A DNA stretch of 64,000 nucleotides from Octopus sinensis (GCF_006345805.1 NC_043026.1:11036001-11100000), one strand, 5' to 3'; shown: positions 1 through 53,306, numbered from the stretch's first letter. The notes: generated from the letters alone by a model not told the origin. Numbers and translations are program-made.

Positions 1-565
1 GTCCTGCCACATGAGCAGAAGGGTTGCAAGCGTAAGTGCAAAGGTACCAAGGATCAACTGATAGACAAAACTGTACTTAGAGACTGCAAGAGGAGGAAAA
101 GTAATTTTATGATCCAGTGCAACCATGAGATAGAGAATAGGAAGTCGGACATAGCCTTAATTGAGAAAGAAAACAAACTATGCTGGATCATAGATATAGC
201 ATGCCCAGCTAACAACAAGGTATGCGATAAGGAAGAAAGAAAAGTGGAGAGATATGACAGGTTAGCTTGGGTAGCTAAGCAGTTGTGGTCGATTAAAAAG
301 GTAGCGGTAGCACCAATAAATGCCGGAGCCCTTTGAATAGTGAGTAAAAATCTCGAGAAGTACGTGGAACAAATAGGGGCTGCAATAAGTGTGGAGCACT
401 TGCAGAAAACAGCACTGCTTGGAACTGCTCGAATACTCCGGAAGGTGCTCGAAAAATAAGAGGTGTTACCTTAGTTCACTGGTAGTGAACAGCTGACACT
501 GTAGTACATCTCCAGCGTTAGAAGCTGTGCAAAGACAACAACAACAACAACAATAATGATAATAA
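1..565 (+). mobile_element. R4/Dong-like (RLE-type) non-LTR retrotransposon remnant, internally deleted, with 3' UTR and (AAC/AAT)n tail
   Basis: The frame from base 1 reads [32 protein letters not shown] (early RT), then runs directly into [34 protein letters not shown] (restriction-like endonuclease). After a TGA it continues to HLQKTALLGTARILRKVLEK* at 459, followed by the microsatellite tail. Confidence 0.75.
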
Positions 566-577
566 CAAACAACCTAC

Positions 578-40164
<39,587 letters not shown>

Positions 40165-40337
40165 CTGTTGGATAAAAATTGAAAATTGATAAGAAAGAAA
40201 CCATATATAAGTATAGACTCAGGCATGGTTGTGTAGTTAAGAAGATCGTTTTCAATAATAATGACATGGTTTTGGGTTCGTCCCACTGTACAACACCTTG
40301 GGCAAGTGTATTTACTCTATGTATAGTATATGGTTGG

Positions 40338-40424
<87 letters not shown>

Positions 40425-40687
40425 TAATACATATATATATTGTGTGTGTGTAATAGAAATATGTTACAAAAAGTAAATAGAAATAAACACATGATAATGT
40501 AAGGGGAAAGTAAGAAAATAAACGAAAATGCACATTGTAAATAAAAAAGTAAAGGGTTTTTATGAAAAGTAAACGAAATATATATACAATTATATGAACT
40601 CTGGTAGGAATAAAAGTAATAAAGTCATTATTGTGATTGTTAAAGAGATTCAAGCATACCGTTTCGTAAATTCAATCATTGCTTTGT

Positions 40688-40787
40688 NNNNNNNNNNNNN
40701 NNNNNNNNNNNNNNNNNNNNNNNNNNNNNNNNNNNNNNNNNNNNNNNNNNNNNNNNNNNNNNNNNNNNNNNNNNNNNNNNNNNNNNN
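40688..40787. other. Assembly gap (100 N)
   Basis: Run of N. Confidence 1.
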
Positions 40788-41064
40788 ACTTCCAATCTTA
40801 CACAAATAACACGTCTGGCCAGGGAAACACTACCTTTCAAGCGAACATCATTAGATAACATTATGTCTTCCAATATTTCATTCCGAGTAAAATGTCGATG
40901 TTGTATTAGAACAAACTATACTGTGGTAGATACCATGAGAGATACTCTCATATTGGCCTTTTGGTACAAAATGTATTCTTGTGCTTATATCACTAATAAA
41001 ACATCCACATTTAACTGGAGATAAATATTATCTCTCAGTATTAATACGACCTCTATCGCTAATA

Positions 41065-42178
41065 CATCGTAAATCCTCGAGTATAATCCGCATTTTTTCC
41101 CCAAAATTTAAAGGTCAAAATCCCTAGTGCTTACTATATACTAGGTTAAAAATGAAAATTATTTTCTAAGCAATGTCCAAGTCTCTATTTGCTGGTCCGG
41201 CAATGTTTATTCAGACGCATTTTGTGATGTCGGGCGGGAAAATACCTTAAGCTAAGCCTGAAAGCAATGAGGTCATAAAAGAATCATCCATAACTTGCAG
41301 TAAGCAACATTATTAAAATAAAGTATCAGAACAGAATAACATATAACAAAAACAATTAGCAAACATATTTACATTCCCATATAACAGTTAAGAACATCAC
41401 CATTATTGTATTACGGATGCGCGGAAGTGTTTGTTCGACTAGGTGCTGCTGGCTTAATTACACACGGCACAAGTTAGAGAAGGGGTGTGTATTATAAATA
41501 TGTAAAGGCAATTTACTTAATATTTATTTTTCACTGGCGTTATTACTGAAAACAATATGCACAAAAAAGCTATACGTTTGCATTATGTTATATATGGATG
41601 GAAGCACTCCGTCGGTTACGACGATGAGGGTTCCGGTTGATCCTAATCAACGGAACAGCCTGCTCGTGAAATAACGTGTAAGTGGCTGAGTACTCCCAGA
41701 CACGTGTACCCTTAACGTAGTTCTCAGGGATATATTCAGCGTGACACAGAGAGTGACAAGGCCGGCCCTTGAAATACAGGTACAACAGAAACAGGAAGTA
41801 AGGAGTGAGAGGAAAGTTGTGGTGAAAGAGGCAGCAAGGGGATCACCACCATCCCCTGCCGGAGCCTCGTGGAGCTTTAGTGTTTTCGCTCAATAAACAC
41901 TCACAACGCCCGGTCTGGGAATCGAAACCGCGATACTATGACCGCGAGTCTGCTGCCTAACACTGGGGCCATTGCGCCTCCCAATGTTATATATACAATA
42001 ACAATAAAGGACGTTACCGTATATTTTTACAAACCAAGGACGTATATTAGACCTCCTTGACTCAAGTTAGAGAAGGGGTGCGTATTATACACAGGGTTTA
42101 GGTTTTTCAGAGGTACAGCCTCCTAAAAAATCCCCTGCGTATTATACTCAAGGGCGGACTATACTCGAGGATTTACGG
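41065..42178. mobile_element. Tc2/pogo-type non-autonomous DNA transposon with TA-flanked TIRs and a nested SINE
   Basis: Ends ta-catcgtaaatcctcgagtataatccgc and gcggactatactcgaggatttacgg-ta. Confidence 0.7.
41592..41982 (-). mobile_element. tRNA-derived SINE, family D
   Basis: Head ggaggcgcaatggcccca...ggtttcgattccc; its 3' end recurs at 45988-46022. Confidence 0.8.
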
Positions 42179-42493
42179 TATGTCTTATAATGCCTTGTGT
42201 CTTATAATACCTTATGTCTTAAACTATGTAATATTTTTGTTCATCGCACTACCATTTCTGGTTTTCTACATCTTGCCTATTCCAGTATGAGAACAACTTT
42301 ATTAAAATGGCAAAAACTTTAACCTATCACATTCGCTTCCACCAAAACTCGAGTGACACACCAAAGACCTACCTAAACTGCGACGGCAATGCTATCACTG
42401 CACCTTCGAATGATTTCAGTATAAGGTAAGCTTAATCTTTTTATCATTATTATTATTATTATATTATTATTATTATTATTATTATTATATTAC

Positions 42494-42558
<65 letters not shown>

Positions 42559-42668
42559 TATTATTATTATATTACTATTATTATTATTATTACTATTATT
42601 ATTATTATTACTATTATTATTATTATTATTATTATTATCATTATATTACTATTATTACTATTATTATT

Positions 42669-42974
42669 GAGTGAGAGAGCAGTTCATGCCATCAAAGTGA
42701 CACTGGGGTAAAATATACGAAGCCCAATATACCCATCATGACTACCTGTCTGATAAGGGTACACCAGGCACATGCATCACAACCATATGTACGCGACATG
42801 GTGATCTCATATCAAGATAAACAGCACATGACCTTGCAGGTGGGGCCCAGTTAGAATTTTCTTCGGGTTGAGTAGCCCATCCCGCTCAAAAGGTCCCTGA
42901 ATAAGGGTTGTTTAAGGATGTTGAAAGAACCACCCATGTTTCCAGTGGTGAATTATTCAAACCCCAAAGAATCC

Positions 42975-42978
<4 letters not shown>
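42669..42978 (-). mobile_element. Non-coding 310-bp element embedded in (TTA)n on both sides
   Basis: A unique higher-GC block sharply bounded by tta repeats. Confidence 0.55.
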
Positions 42979-43024
<46 letters not shown>

Positions 43025-43131
43025 CATTATATTACTATTATTATTATTATTATTATATTATTATTACATTACTATTATTATTATTATTACTATTTTTATT
43101 ATTATTACTATTATTACTATTATTATTATTA

Positions 43132-43166
<35 letters not shown>

Positions 43167-43218
43167 TACTGTTGTTGTTGTTATTGAGTAGAAGAGCAGA
43201 TTGTCAAGTGATGTGGAC

Positions 43219-43261
43219 GCCTCTGATGAGAACCTAATAAGGTCCGAAAATCGATTAAGGT
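43219..43261 (+). ncRNA. Minimal type I hammerhead ribozyme, intact core
   Basis: GCCU-CUGAUGA-GAACCU aaua AGGUCC-GAAA-AUCGAU-UA^AGGU; one A-C mismatch in stem II, palindromic stem III. Confidence 0.75.
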
Positions 43262-43419
43262 TGTTCATTATTTTCAGTCTGCAGAGAAATGGCTAAAATC
43301 TGCCCAGTTTATAATTATACCATATATGTTACTCACAAGGCTTTGGCTGGCCTGAGGGTTGTAGAAGAAACTTGCCCAAGGAACCCAGAACCATGTGATT
43401 GAGAAGCAAGCTTCTTATT

Positions 43420-43830
43420 TCTTTATTGCCCACAAGGGGCTAAATATAGAGGGGACAAAAAAGGACAAACAAAGGGATTAAGTTGATTATATTGACTCCA
43501 GTGCGTAACTGGTACTTAATTTATCGACCTCGAAAGGATGAAAGGCAAAGTTGACCTTGGCGGAATTTGAACTCAGAACGTAACGACAGACGAAATACCT
43601 ATTTCTTTACTACCCACAAGGGGCTAAACACAGAGGGGACAAAAAAGGAAAGACAAAGGGATTAAGTTGATTACATCGACCCCAGTGTGTAACAGGTACT
43701 TAATTTATCGACCTTGAAAGGATGAAAGGCAAAATCGACCTCAACAGAACTTGAACTCAGAATGTAATGATAGGCAAAATACCGCTAAACATTTCGTCCA
43801 GCATGCTAACGTTTCTGCCAGCTCGCCACC
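43420..43830 (-). mobile_element. SINE family A dimer
   Basis: Two tandem bodies sharing one head at about 43830. Confidence 0.75.
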
Positions 43831-43884
43831 AGTGTGGTAAGAAGCAAGCTTCTTACCACACAGCCACACTGGCACCCAAGTATA

Positions 43885-44755
43885 TACACTCAAACGGTCA
43901 TTCGACGGTCATTCAGAATGCTCACAGCAGCCATATTCCTACTGCTCTATGTCATGCAGGTGAGACCCATATTGGAGTACAGGATTCAAGCCTCTTCTCC
44001 TTATCTCCTCAAAGACATACAGCATCTCGAAAGAGTCCAGAAGCTGGCTAGCCGCATGGTTCTTGGTCTCAAGCATTTGTCTTATGAAGAAAGGCTGAAG
44101 ACGCTCGACCTTTATTCTCTAGAAAAACGCCGACGCCGTGGTGATCCTCATCTTATTCACAACATCATAAGCGGAAAGTGTAACCTCTCGAAAGAGCTGT
44201 TCTTCACTCCTCCTGCTCCAGAGCATCGGCTTCGGGGTCACTCCGAAAAGCTCTATCTGCGACGATTTCATCTCAATCGAAGGGAGGGGCTTCCTCCGTC
44301 CGGTTGCGGATCCGTGGAATAAGCTGCCGGACGAGATAGTGAAGATCCGACGACCGCTCGATTAGGGTTCAAAGTCTCCCTTGACCACAAATGGCCTGAA
44401 CTCTTTGCATGAACACACCACCCTTACATAACTCCACATCATAAGCGGAAAGTGTAACCTCTCGAAAGAGCTTTCTTCACTCCTGCTCCAGAGCGTCGGC
44501 TGCGGGGTCACTCCGAAAAGCTCTATCTGTGACGATTTCATCTCAATCGAAGGAGAGGGGCTTTCTCCGTCCGGGTTGCGGATCCGTGGAATAAGCTGCG
44601 AGATGGTGAAGATGCCGACGACCGCTCGGTTCAAAGTCTCCCTTGACCACAAATGGCCTGAACTCTATACATGAACACCACCCTGTACATAACTCCATGT
44701 CCCCCTACATGGCCTTGCTTTTTGCTTTTTGAGCCCAAAAATTAACTAACTAACA
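43885..44755 (+). mobile_element. CR1-type LINE 3' end with internal tandem duplication
   Basis: VRPILEY...ERVQK...LYSLEKRRRRGD...LRGHSEKL; 44158-44434 is repeated at 44435-44690; (TAAC)n tail. Confidence 0.9.
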
Positions 44756-45060
44756 GAATCCTTCATCTATTTATTCTTACTCAGTTTCTCTGTTTCTTTG
44801 CAGTGTTCTCCAGAATGTGGTTTCCCTCTTCGGCAAGGAACCAGAGATGACAATCACCAAACTATGAAGATATCCGAACTTAAAAACCTTACGACAACTC
44901 ACACACACACACTATGAAGACAATGCTCCAGCATGGCCTCGGCCATGGACCTCTTAAGACAAAAAAAAACAAACTAAAGAACAAAACAGATTTTAACTAA
45001 TAACAAGTACAAGAATGGTGGTGGTGGTGGAGGTGGTGGTGGCAGTGATGACAGGATGAA

Positions 45061-45095
<35 letters not shown>

Positions 45096-45183
45096 CATTG
45101 ATGATGGTGGTGGTGATGACAATGATGATGATATAATCAATAAAGAGATTTTACAATAAAGACATATAATATAAATATAAAAA

Positions 45184-45255
<72 letters not shown>

Positions 45256-46169
45256 TATGTACATACATACATATATATATATGTGTGTGTTATATATCAA
45301 TTAACGAATGACAAACGAACAGGGTTACTTAACCACCTTGCTGGCTTTCTTGGTAGCAACAGGCTGTTGCACAACCATTCAAGCCTTAGCTGTAAGCTAA
45401 TTATGATGGTTATATTACTGCTGATCTTTTTGTTATTAACTAACATTATGCTCTATTCCCTTCTACCACATTACTCTATATAGAGTACTGACAACTGGCT
45501 ATAAGCATTGCAACACTAGTTCGTTTCTTTTATTTCATTATTGCCTCATAAATTGCATAATCTTTCCATGTGTTTCCCTGCCAGCTACTATAATGTTGCG
45601 TTGTAATTGTTATGTACATGATTACATAACCACATTGAAATACCAGATCTTCAGAAAAAAATAGTAATTTAATCCATAATTCTATGCACATATATATATA
45701 TATTATATATGTGTGTATGTGTATATATATTATATATATATATTTATAGATTATATACATATATGTATATATATATTATATAGATTATTATATATATATG
45801 TATATATATATATATGTATATATTATATAGATTATATACATATATGTATATATATATATTATATAGATTATATATATATATATATATATGTATTTATGTA
45901 TGTATATATATATAGGTGGGATCACAAGAAATTAAAACTTCATGAGAATAGAAAATACTACATTTTCAGTAATATTAAACACAAAGCAAATGGAAGCACT
46001 CCGTCGGTTACGATGACGAGGGGACAAAGCAAATAAAGCTATAAATAATAGCATGGGAAAAAAACCCTTGGGTACAAAATCTTGAAGGTTCCCATATATG
46101 TATAAAATAGAGAGGAACCGCCATATACATATACAATAGAGAGCAGTCACCACATTTCGTTCTATAATT

Positions 46170-46259
46170 GCTACCTCTGATGAGCACAGGGTTACATAAT
46201 CGGACTGTTGCCTAACACTCCATTGAAACCTTAGTGCGAAACCAATTGGTAAGATCAGC
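46170..46259 (+). ncRNA. Type I hammerhead ribozyme, intact core
   Basis: GCUACCU-CUGAUGA-GCACAGGGUU...AACCUUAGUGC-GAAA-CCAAUUGG-UA^AGAUCAGC; stem I has one mismatch and one bulge. Confidence 0.78.
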
Positions 46260-46311
46260 TGTAATGGATGTATAATACTGTACTCTTCATTTAATATATA
46301 TGTGTGAGTGC

Positions 46312-46382
<71 letters not shown>

Positions 46383-46807
46383 TGAGTAGACAAACGAAAG
46401 AAGGGCACTTAACAAATTTATTGGGGGGTTTCATGTATAGATCAAAACAGTTTATAGTAAAACACAAAAAAATATAAGTGAAACAGGGGTGCATGTCTAA
46501 GTTGGAGGCAGATTTACTTCTGCCTTTATAGCATGTAAAGAAAACGTTGTTGTAGGAATGTACGCAGCATGTGTACTGCAGCAGTGCTATGCATAGCTTT
46601 AATACTGAGATTGAAAAGCAGAGGTGAATTATGCCTACCTAATCTACAAAGAAATAAAATATTTTGCATTTAATGCATAGTAATCAGATTAACCTTCATG
46701 ATTTTATTGAATTAGGTACATATTTTGCCATAAAAGGAAAATGTTGCTATCAATCTATTTTATTCAGGGTAGGCCCTGCCTACCTTACCTACCCAGGTGG
46801 CAAGCCC

Positions 46808-46848
<41 letters not shown>

Positions 46849-46871
46849 TTACATATATGCCCGTAGTCGTT

Positions 46872-46933
46872 GGAGTCTGATGAGCCATCTGTAAAGCTAA
46901 GAGCTTTATGGACCAGAAACCATCGGTCACTTT
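46872..46933 (+). ncRNA. Near-intact type I hammerhead ribozyme
   Basis: GGAGU-CUGAUGA-GCCAU...AUGG(acca)-GAAA-CCAUCGG-UC^ACUUU; stems I and III pair, base of stem II disrupted. Confidence 0.55.
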
Positions 46934-46954
46934 ATGACCAGACATATATTTAAC

Positions 46955-46991
<37 letters not shown>

Positions 46992-47445
46992 CACACACAC
47001 ATATATATATATGATGGACTCTCCCATCAAACATGACAAAGATAGATAGATGGATAGATAGAGAGAGAGAGAGAGAGACTGGTAGATAGATAGACAGACA
47101 GACACACAGACAGACAGAGTAGTACCTCGGTTTTCGAACAACACTGATCACGAATAAATCAAGCTGCGCGGATAATTACGGACTGACTTGGTGCCTCAAC
47201 TTAAGTACCTAATTCAACTCAATCTTATAATTTTATATATATATATATATATACCGGAGTAAACACATAAATGTGAAACAAGGTGGAAAAAAGAGTACTC
47301 AAATACCAGTGGTAGAGTAATATGCTTTATTTAAAGCAGCAGAAAATTCAACAAAATCTGTTACTCTGAGTTTCTCATTGCCGTTCATCAGACATATATA
47401 TATATATTACATATATATATATACATATATACATTCTAGCAAAAA

Positions 47446-47488
47446 CTGTCTGATGAACGGCAATGAGAAACTCAGAGTAACAGATTTT
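47446..47488 (+). ncRNA. Minimal type I hammerhead with weakened stem II; inverted copy at 47358-47394 (-)
   Basis: CUGU-CUGAUGA-ACG GCAA UGA-GAAA-CUCAGAG-UA^ACAG, inside a 70-bp perfect inverted repeat. Confidence 0.6.
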
Positions 47489-47515
47489 GTTGAATTTTCT
47501 GCTGCTTTAAATAAA

Positions 47516-47576
<61 letters not shown>

Positions 47577-47959
47577 CATATGTACATAATATACATACAT
47601 GCATGCATATATCTAAATAAAAATGATTTTTTTTATGTAGGCATGTACCGACAAATTTAGAGCTAGAGTGCCATTGATTATATCAGCTCCAGTATCAACT
47701 TCTGATCCCAGAAGAATAAAAATCAAACGTTGACACCTCTAGGACTTGAACTTGGAAATTTGTAAAGATCTATAAGATCACCACAAGGCATGTCTCCAAC
47801 ACTATAGCTACTCAGCCGACCCACCACATATATCTAATTAATAAAACAAAAAAATTTAAATAACTATTAATTATAATAGCATAATTAAAATGTATATAAT
47901 TTTACATATTAATATATTTATAGAAATATATACATATTCATAGATTTACTTGCGTATAT

Positions 47960-48303
47960 ATGTCACATAAATTTATATTTACATGCATATATGTCTGTGT
48001 GAGTGTATATGTGTGTTTGTGTGTGTGTATATATATATGTATATATATATATATATATGTGTGTGTATGTATGTTTGTGTGTGTGCTAATATCTTGACAA
48101 AAATAAAATGAAAGCAAAAATTTGAAAAAAATATGAAAAAGAATTCAAGGCATCAATAATGTAAAGGGAAATTAATAATATATATATATATATAACACAC
48201 ACATATAGATATGTGTGTATACATATATATATATACATATATACCATATACATATATATATATATATACATATATATATGTATATATATATATATATATG
48301 TAC

Positions 48304-48337
<34 letters not shown>

Positions 48338-48370
48338 GTATATATATATATACATATATATATAGATAGA

Positions 48371-48425
<55 letters not shown>

Positions 48426-48598
48426 TATAGTATATATATAGATATATATATATATATATAATATATATATATATATGAAGAGAGAGAGACTAAGTAAGTG
48501 AGACAGAAAAACAATCATCGCTGTGCAATATAAGCTATATTTACGGCAGGTTTATATTTGCATAAGCATATATTGATCCAGTATATGCAAGTGTATAT

Positions 48599-48650
<52 letters not shown>

Positions 48651-48923
48651 GTCAGTGCTTGGTGGGGTCTTCTGACATGTCCATTTCTGTCAAACCGTCA
48701 AACCCGTCGCAACATGGAAATGGACATTAGATGATGATGAAGATGATGATGAATATATATACACACAAATTTTTACTTGTGTTACTTGGGGCCTCACAGT
48801 CTTTATATTTGAAGGGTGTGAAATCAAAAGTTAATGCAAAAAGATTTGAAATACTGGCTTGCCATCACATAAACATAGACTATACATGCATATATACATA
48901 CACACACACACACACACACACAC

Positions 48924-48959
<36 letters not shown>

Positions 48960-49386
48960 CATAGATATATATATGTATATATATATACATGTATATATAC
49001 ATAATATACATATAGATACATGCATATATATGCGCATATATATATATAAATATATGTATGTACACATACACACATATACATATGTATATATACATATTTA
49101 TATATATATACATATAGATATATACTTATATATATATATACATGTATATATGCATAATATACATGTAAATACATGCATATATATACATATGCATATATAT
49201 AGATATAAATAATATATACATATATATATATGTATGTTTATATGTATACATCCATATACATATATACATGCATATATATATACATGCATATATATATATA
49301 TATATAATATATAGCATACATATAAATATACATTTACATATTATATACATTTACATATATATAGCCATTTACATATATATATATAT

Positions 49387-49440
<54 letters not shown>

Positions 49441-49787
49441 GTATACACACATACGTGTGTGAGAGTGTTTCTCTGTACTTGTCTTAACATTGCCCACTGT
49501 TGTAAACAAATTATCTCACTCATATGTGTGGTGTTATTTGTTTGCAATCTTCCAGGAGGGCATGTCTGGATTAGGAGAAACGACAGCGTTTGAAAAGATG
49601 TGAGGGTTGGTGACGGGAAGAGAACCCAGCTTTATGAAAAATGAGCCTCAATGAATCCCGTCAGAACCCTACAAGCCTTGAAATGTAGATATTGCTTTGA
49701 AGAAGATAAGTATATGTGTATGTATGTATGTATGTAAGCATGTATATATGCATGTATGTATGTTATATATGTATACATATATATGCA

Positions 49788-49825
<38 letters not shown>

Positions 49826-49915
49826 CATATATATATACATATATTTATATATATTTACATACCTATCTACAATATATACAGATACAACACACACACAACA
49901 CACACACACACACAC

Positions 49916-49972
<57 letters not shown>

Positions 49973-50042
49973 CTATATATATACATATATTAATACATAC
50001 ATATATAATCACATATATATGTATTATGACTGTGTATGTGTG

Positions 50043-50103
<61 letters not shown>

Positions 50104-50137
50104 TTTATATATATGTATATATTTATGCAAATTAAAA

Positions 50138-50168
<31 letters not shown>

Positions 50169-50684
50169 ATATGTACACACATATATATATATATGTTCGT
50201 ATATTCATAGATATAGATATATAGGTATGTATATGTGCACTTATATGTATATGTCTACAGGTATGTATGTGTGTGAGGGGAGTGTGTATATACATAAACA
50301 TATATATATTTGTATACATATATATATAGAAAAATATATATATATATGTATGTGAGTGTATGTGTATTTTTGCACGTGTGTGTACGTGTACCTATTCATC
50401 AACAGGTAACAGAGAACTTCACCACGAACACATGGGTACATCCCATTATGCCAGGGTACTTACATTTTTATTCTCTATCAATATTACTATTCTTTGTGCA
50501 GACAAGGAGTACGTCTTGTAATAGTACGTTTCGCTTTGTTTAAAAATGTAAACTTGTATTCGCAGTTTACCCCTTTGTGTTAAACAACAAAATTTATAAC
50601 TGAATGTTTGTGTGTGGTGTGTGTACATGTACATACATACTTGTATGTACATGCATATACATATACATATACATATATATATAT

Positions 50685-50736
<52 letters not shown>

Positions 50737-51131
50737 TATATATACATATATATATATACACATATGTATATATAGATATATATATCTATATATATGTTAT
50801 ATATCTGTGTGTGTGTATCTCTATATATATGTATATATATATATATATAATATATATATATAGAATATATATATATATACATATACATATATAGTGTGTG
50901 TATTATATATATATATTATATATATATATTTATATGTTTATATTTATATGTTTATATATAATATATTTTATGATATATAGGTATAACTGTACATAGTATG
51001 TATGCATATATATAATATATATATACATACACACACCACATATATATATAATAAATATACCCTTATATATACATACGTATATATGTATTTGAGAGCATGT
51101 GTATTAGTATGCATGTGTATTTGTATGTATG

Positions 51132-51197
<66 letters not shown>

Positions 51198-52290
51198 CAC
51201 GTGTAGCCTTGTCTTTTAAAATATTCAACTTCCATTGAAGAAATACGTTTAAAATGTCGATAAATAAAATATGATGGTAAACACGTGATCCCTGAACACT
51301 TGGTTTTTACCAGACAGACAATCTACCCCCTTTTTTTTATATATTATATTTCTATGTAATGACAATGAATTGAACTGACTACAATACATGTGTATATATA
51401 TATATATATTATATATTATATATTATATATACACTCATGTGTGTGTCAGTATATATTTGTAAGCAATACAATTCCAATGAAAACGAAAATTTGTGTTACG
51501 TGTTTCTTGATTAATTTTTATTGTAAAGGTTTCACAATTGTAAGCAAAAGGCGGTGCTCCAGCATGGCCGCAGTCAAATGACTGAAACAACTAAAAGAGT
51601 GTATTAATTTAGAAATTCGCGCAAATGATCATGTATATGATGTGTTTGTGTGAGTGTGTGTGTGTGGTATTTGTGCGCATGTGTGTGTGCCTGCATGTGA
51701 GCATGTGTATGTGTGTGTGTGTGTATAATATATATATATATATGTCATTTATTTATTTATATGTGTGTTTGTGTATGTATGTATGTATATATGCGTGTGT
51801 GTGTGTGTGTGCATGCATGTGTGTGTGCATGCATGTGTGTGTGTGTGTATATAATATATATATATATGTCATTTATTTATATGTGTGTTTGTGTGTGTGT
51901 ATAATATATATATATGTCATTTATTTATATGTGTGTATATGTATGTATGTATATATGTGTGTGTGTATATAATATATATATATGTCATTTATTTATATAT
52001 GTGTGTATATGTATGTATGTATATATGTGTGTGTGTATATAATATATATATATGTCATTTATATATATATGTGTGTTTGTGTGTGTGTATGTATGTATAT
52101 ATATGTGTGTGTGTGTGTATATATAATATTTATATATGTGTGTTTGTTTGTGTATGTATGTATATATGTGTGTGTGTGTATAATATATATATGTCATTTA
52201 TTTATATATATGTGTGTGTGTGTGCGTGTGTATGTATGCATGTTTGTATGTATATATATATGTATATATGTGTGTGTGTGTGTGTGTCCC
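47960..52290. repeat. Low-complexity (TA)n/(TG)n/(TACA)n expanse, including a degenerate 50-60 bp higher-order repeat at about 51720-52260
   Basis: Source of nearly all YI/CV/HT pseudo-ORFs; gtcatttatttata recurs periodically. Confidence 0.9.
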
Positions 52291-52805
52291 TCACCACCAC
52301 CGCTTGACAACCGATGTTGGCATGTTTACAACCCCTTTAACTTAGCGGTTCACGGCCAAAGAGACCGATAGAATAAGTACCAGTCTTAAAAATGAATAAG
52401 AACTGGGTGTCGATTCAGTCGACTAAAAGTTATCGAAGGCGGTGCTCCAGCATGGCCACAGCATAATGACCGAAACAAGTAAAAGATGAAGTCATAAAGA
52501 TTCCCTTTTCCTGCACTGAACGCCTTCATAGCGTTCACGGCTCTCTTCGCTTTCACTTCTGATTCCAGGGAAATAACTCTTCAATACTTGATCATGAGTT
52601 ATCGTTCTTAAGTTATTGACTTTCCACTGATTTTACTCCGACTTTAACACGGAGTCCCCCAATTTTGAATCGATTGCATTGATTCCCCCCACGTATTTCA
52701 CTGGTACTTTATTTTATCGACCCCTCAAAGAATAAAATGCAAAATCGACTTTAGCGGTATTTGAACTATTTGAACTCAGAACGACAAGAATCATTTTCCT
52801 TTCTA

Positions 52806-53058
52806 TTGGGTTTGGTGCATAATTATTGCGGCTTTTTTTCAACAAATTTTATTCAACAAAAACGATAACAATATTTCACAAAAACATCTTTAAATGACGG
52901 TCTTACCGTCTGCCAAGCAAATGGGAAGCAGTAATTGAAGTAGATGGTGAATATGCTCCGGAATAATCATTTAAAGATGTTTTTTGTTACATGTTGTCGT
53001 TGTTTTTGTTGAATAAAATTTGTTGAAAAAAAGCCGCAATAATTATGCACCAACCCAA
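52806..53058 (+). mobile_element. Mariner-derived MITE with TA TSD, about 90-bp inverted arms and the transposase C-terminus
   Basis: TIR ttggg(t)ttggtgcataattattgcggc; internal RLPSKWEAVIEVDGEYAPE*. Confidence 0.88.
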
Positions 53059-53306
53059 TAATATAGGCTCAAGTCCTGAAATTTGAGTCAATTATTTACA
53101 TCGGCCCCAGTGTGCAACTGGTACTTATTTTATCAACCTAGAAAGGATAAAAGGCAAAGTCGACCTCGGCGGAATTTGAATTCAGAATGTTAAGACGGAT
53201 GAAATGTTGCTGGGCATTTAGTCCGACGGCTTACTCACAAGGCCAGCAATTTTGGAGGAACGGCGGTAGATGAGTACATCAACCCCAGTATTTAGTGAGT
53301 ACTTTA

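Noticed and set aside
50464-50599. Candidate upstream apolipophorin exon (YKFCCLTQ...SETYYYKTY...ENKN) with cag acceptor and gtaagt donor
   Set aside because: Only faint resemblance to the LPD_N start, it lies across the gap, and its phase cannot be tested against the error-laden next exon.
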